Shown in pieces: positions 1 through 7,087 of a stretch of 23,745 bases of DNA. Numbering within the stretch: position 1 is the stretch's first letter; each line of letters opens with the position of its first letter. The notes beneath the pieces were generated by a model that had not been told where the DNA came from, ran no database searches, and saw nothing but the letters and a program-made list of their open reading frames with translations. The DNA is taken from positions 1 through 23,745 of IMG/VR virus record IMGVR_UViG_3300027776_000001. One strand, given 5' to 3'. The DNA is from a virus (Duplodnaviria > Heunggongvirae > Uroviricota > Caudoviricetes). The translations under genes and the position numbers were made by a program.

Positions 1-2
1 CT

Positions 3-446
3 GGAAGCCTAGCTAGAAATAAAAACGGGTATAATTACTGGCTAGTTACGTTGTTTGGTATTAGGTTGAAGGCACATAGAGTAGTCTGGATGTTGCACAA
101 CAAGCAAACTTTAGACAGATTTACATATGTAGATCACAAAGATAAGGATACCGCTAATAACAGTGTAGAAAACCTTCGTGCAGTTTCTCCTAGAATAAAC
201 TCCCAAAATAGGAAAGTTCCAAGCACCAGCAAGACAGGTGTAATTGGAGTCTACTATAAGGAGAATAAGAGGCTATTTGCAGCTACATGGTACTTTGAAG
301 GAAGTCCTTGCGTAAAGTATTTCAGTGTTGCTAAGTTAGGTTACGATAAGGCATTTTCAGAGGCTTGCAAATTCAGGGAAGAAATGATCAGTAAACTGAA
401 TCAGGAAGGGCAGCACTACACAGACAACCACGGAGATATTATATGA
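3..446 (+). CDS. HNH homing endonuclease with C-terminal AP2-like DNA-binding domain (5'-truncated by window edge)
   Basis: Frame is open from nt 3 (GSLARNKNGYNYWLVTLFG...). It has the motifs HRVVW, VDHKDKDTANNSVENLR and SKTGVIGV, and an AP2-like tail KYFSVAKLGYDKAFSEACKFR. Its stop overlaps the polymerase ATG (ATGA). Confidence 0.88.
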   Translation, partial: GSLARNKNGYNYWLVTLFGIRLKAHRVVWMLHNKQTLDRFTYVDHKDKDTANNSVENLRAVSPRINSQNRKVPSTSKTGVIGVYYKENKRLFAATWYFEGSPCVKYFSVAKLGYDKAFSEACKFREEMISKLNQEGQHYTDNHGDII

Positions 447-2023
447 ATGGTTTTTACATCGACTTAGAATCAGATAATCTTTATCTTCAGTCTACTAAGA
501 TTTGGTACATGAAACTCACTAGCCTTGATGGCTCACGGTCAATGCAGATTTGGCCTTTTCGTGAAAACCCAGACGATGTAGCACAAAAACTCGATAAATG
601 GGTTGCTAGCTTTACGGATGGTTGTTTTGTTGTGGGGCACGGTATTTTAGGGTATGATACATGGATGCTGTGGAAGTTTTATGGTATTCAACCAAAGGTC
701 GGGAAGAAGGGTAAGGATTGGTTAGGTGATAAGCATGTACAATTTATTGATACTCTGGTACTTTCGCAGTATCTTCAGCCAGATGTTGGTGGACACTCTC
801 TCGAATATCTTTCAGAAGGTAACGAGGAAGAGAAGCTAAAGTATCGGGAGAAACTGGTAGAAGCTGGAGCAATGGCGGGCAATGAGCCTAAAGGCTATGA
901 GTTCTCCTTCTATCATGATCTGATGGTGGAGTACTGTGATCAGGACGTAGCAGCAGGTATTGGAGTCTTCCACGACCTGTGGGGGAAGGCTGAGGAAATG
1001 TACAAGAACAATTGGATTCACAAATCCTACAATCAAGTACAGAAGGACTTCTTCCTTTATGCTGCTCAGTCATTCACTGGTGTTAAGTTTGATCAACAGA
1101 AAGCTATTGCTCTGGCAGAATCGATTGAGAAGATGATGGAAGAGATTAAGGCTGAAGTTGATCCTATCTTGCCACCACGGAAGCTGAAGAAAGCTGAAGA
1201 GGCGTTTTACAAGATTCCAGCCAAACCATTTACCAAGAATGGTGAGCATTCTGCTAATATGCTGAAGTGGCTGGAGAAGCATAAAGCCACAGTGGAAGAA
1301 CGTACAATCTATGCTTATGGTCGTACATTCAACCTGATTGCTAATGAAGTGCTGGACATTAAGCTTCCGATGGAGATTGATGATAATGCTGAGCTGAAGG
1401 ATTACTTCTTAGAGTCTGGTTGGGTTCCTCACGATGACTTCTGGAACTTCAAGCGTGATGAAAGAGGTAAGCCAGCAAGGGATGATCGTGGTCAGATTAT
1501 CAAAACCACTCCGAAGATTCAACATGCTGGGCAGATTTGTCCTAACTTGCTGAAGCTTGAGGCTGATACGCCAAAGAAAGTTGTGAAGTATCTTTCATTG
1601 CGTAATCGTCTTAGTGTGATTCGTGGTTGGCTTGGTAATGAACGTTTGAAGTATGATGGTCGTTTGAGTGCGAATATCACAGGTTATACGCCTACTTTCC
1701 GCGTCAAACACTCTACAGTGGTGAATGTACCCAAGGCTGATCCTAAAGTCCTTTTGGGCAATGAAATGCGAGAGTTGTTCACTGTTGAAGAGGGGAATTT
1801 CTACATCGGTACAGATGCTGCTGCGTTGGAAAACAGAACGCTGGCGTCCTATACTATGAAGTACGATGGTGGTGAGTTTGCAGATCGTCTGCTTAAGGGT
1901 GATAGTCATAGCTTCAACGCTTTTGCTTTCTTCCCTGAAATCAAGACTAAGTTTGACATTAACGATCCAACGTTGAAGGATCAGACTGAGTTTAAGCCGT
2001 ATCGTAACAAGAGTAAGACGGGT
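443..2023 (+). CDS. polA: DNA polymerase, family A (T7 gp5-like), exon 1
   Basis: ExoI (IDLESD), ExoII (GHGILGYD), ExoIII (YCDQDV) and motif A (GTDAAALENR) are present. The exon ends mid-motif B (RNKSKTG), at GGT immediately before the intron's first triplet TAA (2024-2026). Confidence 0.95.
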
Positions 2024-2734
2024 TAACATAACAGCCCCATTAGATCGAGAGTTCTAATGAAAATTGTGTGAATTCAGGGGAACCCCTAACGTAAAGACGA
2101 GGGCAATCCTGAGCGAAGCTAGATACTCTACTAAACAAGAAGAGAGGTAAGATGTATAGTAGAGGAAGAAATAAAGGTCAGGAAGCCAAACCAATGACCG
2201 CTAAACCAGAGAAATATCCGCAAGGGTATTTTAATGATAAGCCGTGTAAGGAGTGTAGCGCTAAGTTTTCGCCACTAGCCCCGTCGCATCTTTATTGTAC
2301 AGATGCTTGTGCGAAGTTGGCCTTCACTCGAAAATACTTAAAGAAGCAGTACAAAATAACATATGAGTTTTACATGGAAATGTACAACAAGTATGGTGGA
2401 AAATGCCATATCTGTAAAAGTGTAGGTTTTAAGATTGACCCTAATCAAAAACTGAACTTAGCAGTGGATCATTGCCACGAGACAGGATTAGTCCGAGGAA
2501 TGCTTTGCCATAATTGCAACAGAGCACTAGGATTATTCCAAGACAACACTGAGTATTTACGAAACGCGGTAGAGTATCTAGAACGTGCAACGACTATCCT
2601 AAATGGAGTAGCCCCAAGTGGGGCGAAGCGCACAACATCCGAAGTGGATGATGATATAGTCTGAGCTTTATGGAAACATAAAGACGCAGGTAAAGCTGCT
2701 GGGAATGCTTAACGATCATTCTTGAACATATCTG
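2024..2734 (+). mobile_element. Group I self-splicing intron (IA2-like, with P7.1/P7.2) carrying a homing endonuclease in P6
   Basis: Pairings read from the sequence: P1 GGGU(2020-2023)/GCCC(2034-2037) with U.G at the 5' splice site; P2 CATTAGA/TCTAATG; P3 TTGTGTG(2064-2070)/CGCACAA(2629-2635); P4 TCAGG/CCTGA; P7 GACTA(2592-2596)/TAGTC(2657-2661). Also present are P7.1, P7.2 (GCCCC-AAGT-GGGGC), P8 (CATCC-GAAGT-GGATG), P9 with a GAAA loop, terminal G2734, and P10 ATAAC(2028-2032)/GTTAT(2736-2740). Splicing restores motif B in frame. Confidence 0.93.
2152..2664 (+). CDS. Intron-encoded homing endonuclease, endonuclease VII (His-Me finger) family
   Basis: It has CHIC...LAVDHCHETGLVRGMLCHNCNRALG and an N-terminal CxxC...C...C zinc motif. 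The RBS GAGAGG precedes ATG 2152, and the ORF lies within the intron. Confidence 0.9.
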   Translation: MYSRGRNKGQEAKPMTAKPEKYPQGYFNDKPCKECSAKFSPLAPSHLYCTDACAKLAFTRKYLKKQYKITYEFYMEMYNKYGGKCHICKSVGFKIDPNQKLNLAVDHCHETGLVRGMLCHNCNRALGLFQDNTEYLRNAVEYLERATTILNGVAPSGAKRTTSEVDDDIV

Positions 2735-3262
2735 AGTTATTTGCTGGCTTATGGTGGAGGTGTGGGTAAGCTTGCTTCGAGTCTTGGCCTGAACAAGGCT
2801 GCCGCTCAAGTGGCATACGACAACTATTGGACGGCTAACTATGGTCTTGGTCAATTCAAGGAGAAGATTGAGGCCTACTTCAACACGACAGGTAAGAAGA
2901 AGCACATTCCTGCTTGGGATGGGCGACTGCTGTCTATACGTGGTAAGAATGTTCTGGTAAACTGTGCTGGTCAGTCTCTTGGTGCGATCTGTATGAGCAT
3001 TGCTGCTTGTATGATGGATCAGGAGCTTGGTGAAATGTATCTTGACGAACTAGACCGTCCGTATTATGTTTACAAGGGTAAGATAGTGAAGCGCGTAAGT
3101 TTGTTCCACGATGAGTATTCTTGGGAAGTTGAAGAGGGTATTGAGGAAGAAATTCGTGTCTTGTCTGTCAACTGTATCATTCGTGCTGGCGAGTACCTGA
3201 AGCTTCCGATTCCTCTTGACGGGGAAGGAAAGATAGGGCATACTTGGAAAGATGTTCACTAA
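2735..3262 (+). CDS. polA: DNA polymerase, family A, exon 2
   Basis: Starts AGT TAT TTG CTG GCT TAT GGT (SYLLAYG), completing motif B. It contains NCAGQSLGA, motif C (FHDEY) and the C-terminal GKIGHTWKDVH. The spliced protein is 527+175 = 702 aa. Confidence 0.95.
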   Translation, partial: SYLLAYGGGVGKLASSLGLNKAAAQVAYDNYWTANYGLGQFKEKIEAYFNTTGKKKHIPAWDGRLLSIRGKNVLVNCAGQSLGAICMSIAACMMDQELGEMYLDELDRPYYVYKGKIVKRVSLFHDEYSWEVEEGIEEEIRVLSVNCIIRAGEYLKLPIPLDGEGKIGHTWKDVH

Positions 3263-3275
3263 CTAGGAAATTACC

Positions 3276-3671
3276 ATGAAGACTTTTGCAATTGCTCTCA
3301 CCCTGTTGTCCACTGCCGCTATGGCGCAACCATTCGCTACCAAGATTCAGGAAAGCACATGCGAAGTGATTGCTAAGAGTGATAGTGTTCTTGGTACAGC
3401 CGCTGGTGGCGTAGCTGGTGGTGTTGCAGGCCGAGTGATTAGCAAGGGTCTGTTTGGCCGTAAGGCTTCTGGCTGGGGTGCTTTGGCAGGTGCTGTTGGT
3501 GGTGCTATCATCGGCAATAACATGGCATCTAACAAAACCTATAGCTGCATTGTGGGGTATCGTGATGCAAAGTCGAAGCTTGTCTACTCCCAAGTGGTTG
3601 GCAAGGAGCGCCGTATTGGCGAGGCCATCACTGTATTCCAATCTGAGAATGGGCAAATTATTGTGCAATGA
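3276..3671 (+). CDS. Secreted/membrane glycine-zipper protein
   Basis: Signal-peptide-like N-terminus (MKTFAIALTLLSTAAMA) and GxxxG repeats (GTAAGGVAGGVAG; GALAGAVGGAIIG). Confidence 0.7.
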   Translation: MKTFAIALTLLSTAAMAQPFATKIQESTCEVIAKSDSVLGTAAGGVAGGVAGRVISKGLFGRKASGWGALAGAVGGAIIGNNMASNKTYSCIVGYRDAKSKLVYSQVVGKERRIGEAITVFQSENGQIIVQ

Positions 3672-4510
3672 AAGAACTGACTGAAAGAGATAAGGTACAA
3701 ATCCGCCTGCTAGATCAGGTGGATTACCATAGCCTTGGTAAGGAAGAGCAGAAGAGTATTCTGATGCAACTACTGTCCTATGGTTGTCCCCTGATCTATT
3801 TGCAAGAGAAGTGGGGAGTGACAGACAAATCCCTACGTTTCTTGATAAGGAAATTGAACGTAAAGAAAAAGATGCGTCCTACGTTGCACAGGTATGAATG
3901 GGACAGGGTATTGACTCAAGTTCCTGAAGTCGTGCGCTTCCAAAGACCATCAGTGAAGGCTGTTGCAAATCCGTTCTCACATGAAAATAGAGACGGGAAG
4001 AAGAGGCTCACTGCCACTGAAGTAATGTATATTGTTAAGCTTCTTGAGAGTGGTCACACGTATTCTGCCATAAGGGCAATCACTGGGTGTAGCACTGAGT
4101 CTATCCAACGCATTCGTAGTGGAAAGAATAAGTACTACCCAAGGCGAGTGCATGTGCATAAGAAGGTGAAGGTAAAAAATGTTGCAGAAGTGAAGGCAAT
4201 CCCCTTGACAAAAGCTCAATGGGAGAGTATAGTAAGCACAGTTGTTGAGGCCTTTCTTGCAGGTAAGGAACATACGCTGCTGGTATTCCCTAAAGGGACA
4301 TGCCCGCCCAATTGGTTCTGCAAGAAAGTTAGGGCGTTGTCTTCTTTTGACAGAACGAGTGATTGTGTTCGCAAAGGAGGAACAGCAGCGTATAAGACGA
4401 AATCTTTGTTGACGAAGTTTGAGGAAGTAGGTATAGTGAAGTTCTCAGTTTCGTATCTTGAAGAGGCAAAGAAAAAGCTTGACAAGATCGAGAAGATGTT
4501 GTATAATTGA
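3668..4510 (+). CDS. Hypothetical protein with two putative helix-turn-helix segments
   Basis: 280-aa basic ORF coupled to the upstream gene by an ATGA overlap. HTH-like segments are GCPLIYLQEKWGVTDKSLRFLI and GHTYSAIRAITGCSTESIQRIRSG. Confidence 0.55.
   Translation: MKELTERDKVQIRLLDQVDYHSLGKEEQKSILMQLLSYGCPLIYLQEKWGVTDKSLRFLIRKLNVKKKMRPTLHRYEWDRVLTQVPEVVRFQRPSVKAVANPFSHENRDGKKRLTATEVMYIVKLLESGHTYSAIRAITGCSTESIQRIRSGKNKYYPRRVHVHKKVKVKNVAEVKAIPLTKAQWESIVSTVVEAFLAGKEHTLLVFPKGTCPPNWFCKKVRALSSFDRTSDCVRKGGTAAYKTKSLLTKFEEVGIVKFSVSYLEEAKKKLDKIEKMLYN
4479..4507 (+). promoter_or_regulatory. Consensus sigma70 promoter for the tRNA cluster
   Basis: TTGACA(4479-4484)-17 nt-TATAAT(4502-4507), embedded in the 3' end of the upstream CDS and ending 17 nt before tRNA-Leu. 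Confidence 0.85.
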
Positions 4511-4524
4511 TTACTCTGAAATAT

Positions 4525-4613
4525 GGGCTGGTGGCGAAGCTGGTTGAAACGCATCGGACTTAAAATTCGACACATCAGAAACATCGTGGGTTCAACTCCC
4601 ACCCAGCCTACCA
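4525..4613 (+). tRNA. tRNA-Leu (UAA)
   Basis: Acceptor stem GGGCTGG/CCAGCCT, anticodon arm TCGGA-CT TAA AA-TTCGA, long variable region, T arm GTGGG-TTCAACT-CCCAC, encoded CCA. Confidence 0.92.
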
Positions 4614-4674
4614 TACTTTAGCAAGATGCAACCTGAGCACAGGTGCAAGGGGAGTTGTACTCTCCAAGAACAAT

Positions 4675-4750
4675 AGCCTCGTAGCTTAACGGATAGAGCA
4701 GGGAGCTTCTACCTCCCAAAGTGGGGATTCGATTTCCTCCGGGGCTGCCA
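4675..4750 (+). tRNA. tRNA-Arg (UCU)
   Basis: Acceptor stem AGCCTCG/CGGGGCT, anticodon arm GGGAG-CT TCT AC-CTCCC, T loop TTCGATT, encoded CCA, 76 nt. Confidence 0.92.
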
Positions 4751-4766
4751 ATTAGCAAGGAATGCA

Positions 4767-5249
4767 ATGATACTTGAACTAGAAGAACCATTCAGAAGCA
4801 AATGGAGGAAGGGTTATATCAGAACTTCTGCCATTGATGGGCGAAGAAGAGTGGATTTGTTCAATTCCAACACGGACAGAACAACTATAAGCTATAGCCG
4901 TTATTTGGTTTCCGTTAAATTAAAACGGATTCTTGAAGAGTTTGAGGAAGTTGACCACATAGACGGAGATAGCTTGAATGATGATTTGAGTAATCTTCAG
5001 GTTCTATCTAAACCTCAACACTTGGCTAAGACTACCCAAGAGGTCAGGGTAGGCAGGTTGTGTGTTGTGTTGCAGTGCCCGGAATGCTCAGTTCTCTTTA
5101 CAAGAGAGGTGCGCAATTTAAAAGGTAAGCTTAGTTTTTGCAGCAAAACTTGCTCAACTAGATTTCACAAGACTGCAAGTGAAGTTGAGTTCAATGAAGC
5201 AGTAGGACTACAGATAGAAGCGAAAAAGCACCGAACAAGATCAAAATAA
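4767..5249 (+). CDS. HNH homing endonuclease with C-terminal zinc-finger-like motif
   Basis: EVDHIDGDSLNDDLSNLQVL HNH motif, followed by CPEC...FCSKTC. Confidence 0.88.
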   Translation: MILELEEPFRSKWRKGYIRTSAIDGRRRVDLFNSNTDRTTISYSRYLVSVKLKRILEEFEEVDHIDGDSLNDDLSNLQVLSKPQHLAKTTQEVRVGRLCVVLQCPECSVLFTREVRNLKGKLSFCSKTCSTRFHKTASEVEFNEAVGLQIEAKKHRTRSK

Positions 5250-5252
5250 AGC

Positions 5253-5281
5253 TTGACACAGAGAAAAATCTGTGATAGTAT
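5253..5281 (+). promoter_or_regulatory. sigma70 promoter (extended -10) upstream of the Y RNA array and Ro60
   Basis: TTGACA(5253-5258)-17 nt-TAGTAT(5276-5281) with TGn at 5273-5275 and an A-rich upstream tract. It shares AAAGCTTGACA with the 4479 promoter. Confidence 0.8.
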
Positions 5282-5305
5282 TACGGAAAATGCAGTAAAG
5301 AAATT

Positions 5306-5371
5306 GGAATGTGTTGTGAAAAGGGTTACTTCTGGCATTGAAACTAACACCCTTCTCTTTGTTACCATTCC
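5306..5371 (+). ncRNA. Minimal Y-RNA-like unit 1 (class B)
   Basis: Closing stem GGAATG/CATTCC, internal loop TGTTGT...TTGTTAC, upper stem AAGGGT/ACCCTT and the shared GTTACTTC motif. It lies upstream of a Ro60 gene. Confidence 0.7.
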
Positions 5372-5379
5372 GCAAGTTA

Positions 5380-5519
5380 TGGACGTAGTGAATAGACAGT
5401 TACTTCACTTTTAATGACGAGGTCGTAGGTTCGAATCCTACCATGAATGATTCTTCGGAAAAGTTCGTGTAGCTTAGTTGGTAGAGCGCGATAATATCTG
5501 TCTAGTTTGTTCTCGTCCA
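5380..5519 (+). ncRNA. yrlA: YrlA-type Y RNA with circularly permuted tRNA-like domain (unit 2, class A)
   Basis: Closing stem TGGACG/CGTCCA, TAGTGA...TTGTTCT internal loop, stem TAGACAG/CTGTCTA and GTTACTTC. These enclose a T arm (GTAGG-TTCGAAT-CCTAC), an acceptor-like stem (CATGAA/TTCGTG) and a D arm (TAGCTTAGTTGGTAGAGC), in the order T, acceptor, D. Confidence 0.88.
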
Positions 5520-5526
5520 GTTATTC

Positions 5527-5598
5527 GGCAGTAGTGAAGCAGGCGGTTACTTCTTTCTTTTTGCGAAAACCAACGATCCGCCTCAGTTGTTCTCTGCC
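5527..5598 (+). ncRNA. Minimal Y-RNA-like unit 3 (class A)
   Basis: Closing stem GGCAG/CTGCC, TAGTGA...TTGTTCT internal loop as in unit 2, upper stem AGGCGG/CCGCCT, GTTACTTC motif. Confidence 0.72.
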
Positions 5599-5606
5599 TC
5601 TAATTT

Positions 5607-5674
5607 GTAGAGTGTTGTTTGTTAGGGTTACTTCTATTGGATGAAACTTACACCCTAACTCTTGTTACCTCTAC
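5607..5674 (+). ncRNA. Minimal Y-RNA-like unit 4 (class B)
   Basis: Closing stem GTAGAG/CTCTAC, TGTTGT...TTGTTAC internal loop, upper stem TTAGGGT/ACCCTAA, GTTACTTC. It shares AGGGTTACTTCT..GAAACTnACACCCT with unit 1. Confidence 0.72.
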
Positions 5675-5699
5675 TCCCCTCTCTTAAAAGGAGATATTC

Positions 5700-7073
5700 A
5701 TGTCATCACTGAATAAGCGCACCAAGCAAGTCCCTACCGAAGTTAACGAAGTAGGTACTCCAGTCTTCAAGATCAACGCCAAGCAAGAACTTCAGCGTCT
5801 CACTTTTGCCTATCTTCTGTTTGAAGATCAGTTCTACATTGATGGCAAGCGCAGTGCTGACAAATTGATCGAAGCTGTTGGCAAAGTATCTCCTCAGTTC
5901 GCACAACAAGTTGCCATAGAAGCACGTACTAAGTACAAGCTGCGCCATGTTCCTCTGCTTATCACTGCTGCTCTGATCAAGAACGGTACTGCCACTGTGG
6001 ACGGTATCGCTGAAGTTATTCAGCGTGCTGATGAAATGGGTGAGCTGTTGGCGATTTACAATCGTGACGGTAAGCGCCCTCTGGCTAACAAGCTGAAGAA
6101 AGGTATTGCCAAGGCTTTCCTGAAGTTCAATGAATTTCAGCTTGCCAAGAATGACAAGAATAGCGCAGCATACTCTATTCGTGATGTGATGTTCCTCACC
6201 CATCCGAAGCCAACTAATAAGGAACAAGCTGACTTGTTCAAGCGAATTGCTGATCAAGATATGTTTGTACCTGAGACTTGGGAAACTGAGTTGTCTGCTG
6301 GTGCTGATAAGAAGGTTACTTTTGAATACCTGATGGCTAACAATAAAATGGGTGCCTTGGCTTTCTTGCGTAACCTTCGCAATATGTCTCAAGCTGGTGT
6401 AGATCGTGCCTTGATTCGCACATACGGTAAGTCTGTCAACGTTGATAAGGTGTTGCCATACCAGTTTATTACTGCACAAAAGTATGCTCCAGAGTTTACG
6501 GACATGCTTGAGCAAATGATGTTCAAGGCTTTGGAAAATATCCCTAAGCTTCCGGGCCGCACTGTTCTTGTGGTTGATACTAGTGGCTCTATGGGTGCTA
6601 GCGTTTCCAGCAGGTCTGAGCTTACTCGTTTGCAAGCTGCTGCAGCAATTACTATCCTAGCACGAGAAATCTGTGAAGAGGTGGTCATATATGCAACGGC
6701 AGGCGATGACAGGTACCGGAAACATGCAACGATGTTGATTCCCTCTTACCGTGGTTTTGCTCTTGCTGATTTCATCACTGGTACGAAGGTTTCTATGCAA
6801 ATTGGTGGTGGTGGTATCTTCCTGCTTCAGTGCATGGATTATATTGCCAATGAAGAAAAGGATGATGTGGTTGATCGTGTGATTGTTTTCACTGATGAGC
6901 AAGACACTGGCGGACGAGGATTTGAGCCCCACAATGCCAAGCGTCTAGGTAAGACAAACTACATCTTGAATGTAGGTGCTTATCAGAATGGTGTTAACCA
7001 CAAGGATTGGACTACTGTAACTGGTTTCTCTGAAGCAACTCTGGCATATATTGCAGCTTTGGAAGGTAACTAA
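5700..7073 (+). CDS. rsr: Ro60/Rsr-like TROVE + vWA domain RNA-binding protein
   Basis: TROVE-type segments LRHVPLL, IQRADEMGELLAIY, IRDVMFLTHPKP, PETWETELS and ALAFLRNLRNM. vWA MIDAS VDTSGSM and VIVFTDEQ. RBS AGGAGA. Adjacent Y RNAs support the call. Confidence 0.93.
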   Translation: MSSLNKRTKQVPTEVNEVGTPVFKINAKQELQRLTFAYLLFEDQFYIDGKRSADKLIEAVGKVSPQFAQQVAIEARTKYKLRHVPLLITAALIKNGTATVDGIAEVIQRADEMGELLAIYNRDGKRPLANKLKKGIAKAFLKFNEFQLAKNDKNSAAYSIRDVMFLTHPKPTNKEQADLFKRIADQDMFVPETWETELSAGADKKVTFEYLMANNKMGALAFLRNLRNMSQAGVDRALIRTYGKSVNVDKVLPYQFITAQKYAPEFTDMLEQMMFKALENIPKLPGRTVLVVDTSGSMGASVSSRSELTRLQAAAAITILAREICEEVVIYATAGDDRYRKHATMLIPSYRGFALADFITGTKVSMQIGGGGIFLLQCMDYIANEEKDDVVDRVIVFTDEQDTGGRGFEPHNAKRLGKTNYILNVGAYQNGVNHKDWTTVTGFSEATLAYIAALEGN

Positions 7074-7087
7074 CAAAAGAATTTCAA

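Noticed and set aside
836-2029. Short minus-strand ORFs over polA (and similar shadows over nrdA and the tail genes)
   Set aside because: They are antisense to strongly supported genes, with no RBS or motif support.
2125-2150. RBS-sequestering hairpin for the intron endonuclease (I-TevI style)
   Set aside because: Only about 4 bp (CTCT/AGAG) can form, and it competes with the 13-bp P6a stem.
443-3262. Polymerase as a pseudogene or two separate genes
   Set aside because: Precise intron removal restores motif B in frame.
4216-4614. Minus-strand ORF (and similar ORFs at 7165-7439)
   Set aside because: These are antisense translations of tRNA genes, not proteins.
4614-4674. Theta/HDV-like or pistol ribozyme in the tRNA trailer
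   Set aside because: The required pseudoknot pairings are not found, and the tRNAs already encode CCA.
5419-5490. Possible tRNA or pseudo-tRNA
   Set aside because: The arms are in permuted order (T arm before D arm), there is no CCA end and it is embedded in a Y RNA stem. It is the YrlA tRNA-like domain.
5306-5674. Four spaced copies of GTTACTTC resembling a CRISPR mini-array
   Set aside because: The repeat is only 8-9 nt, spacing is irregular, each unit folds as a closed stem and there are no cas genes. A Y RNA array next to Ro60 explains it.
5706-6635. 309-aa antisense ORF over Ro60
   Set aside because: It lies entirely opposite a well-supported gene, has no recognisable motifs and is explicable by sense-strand codon bias.
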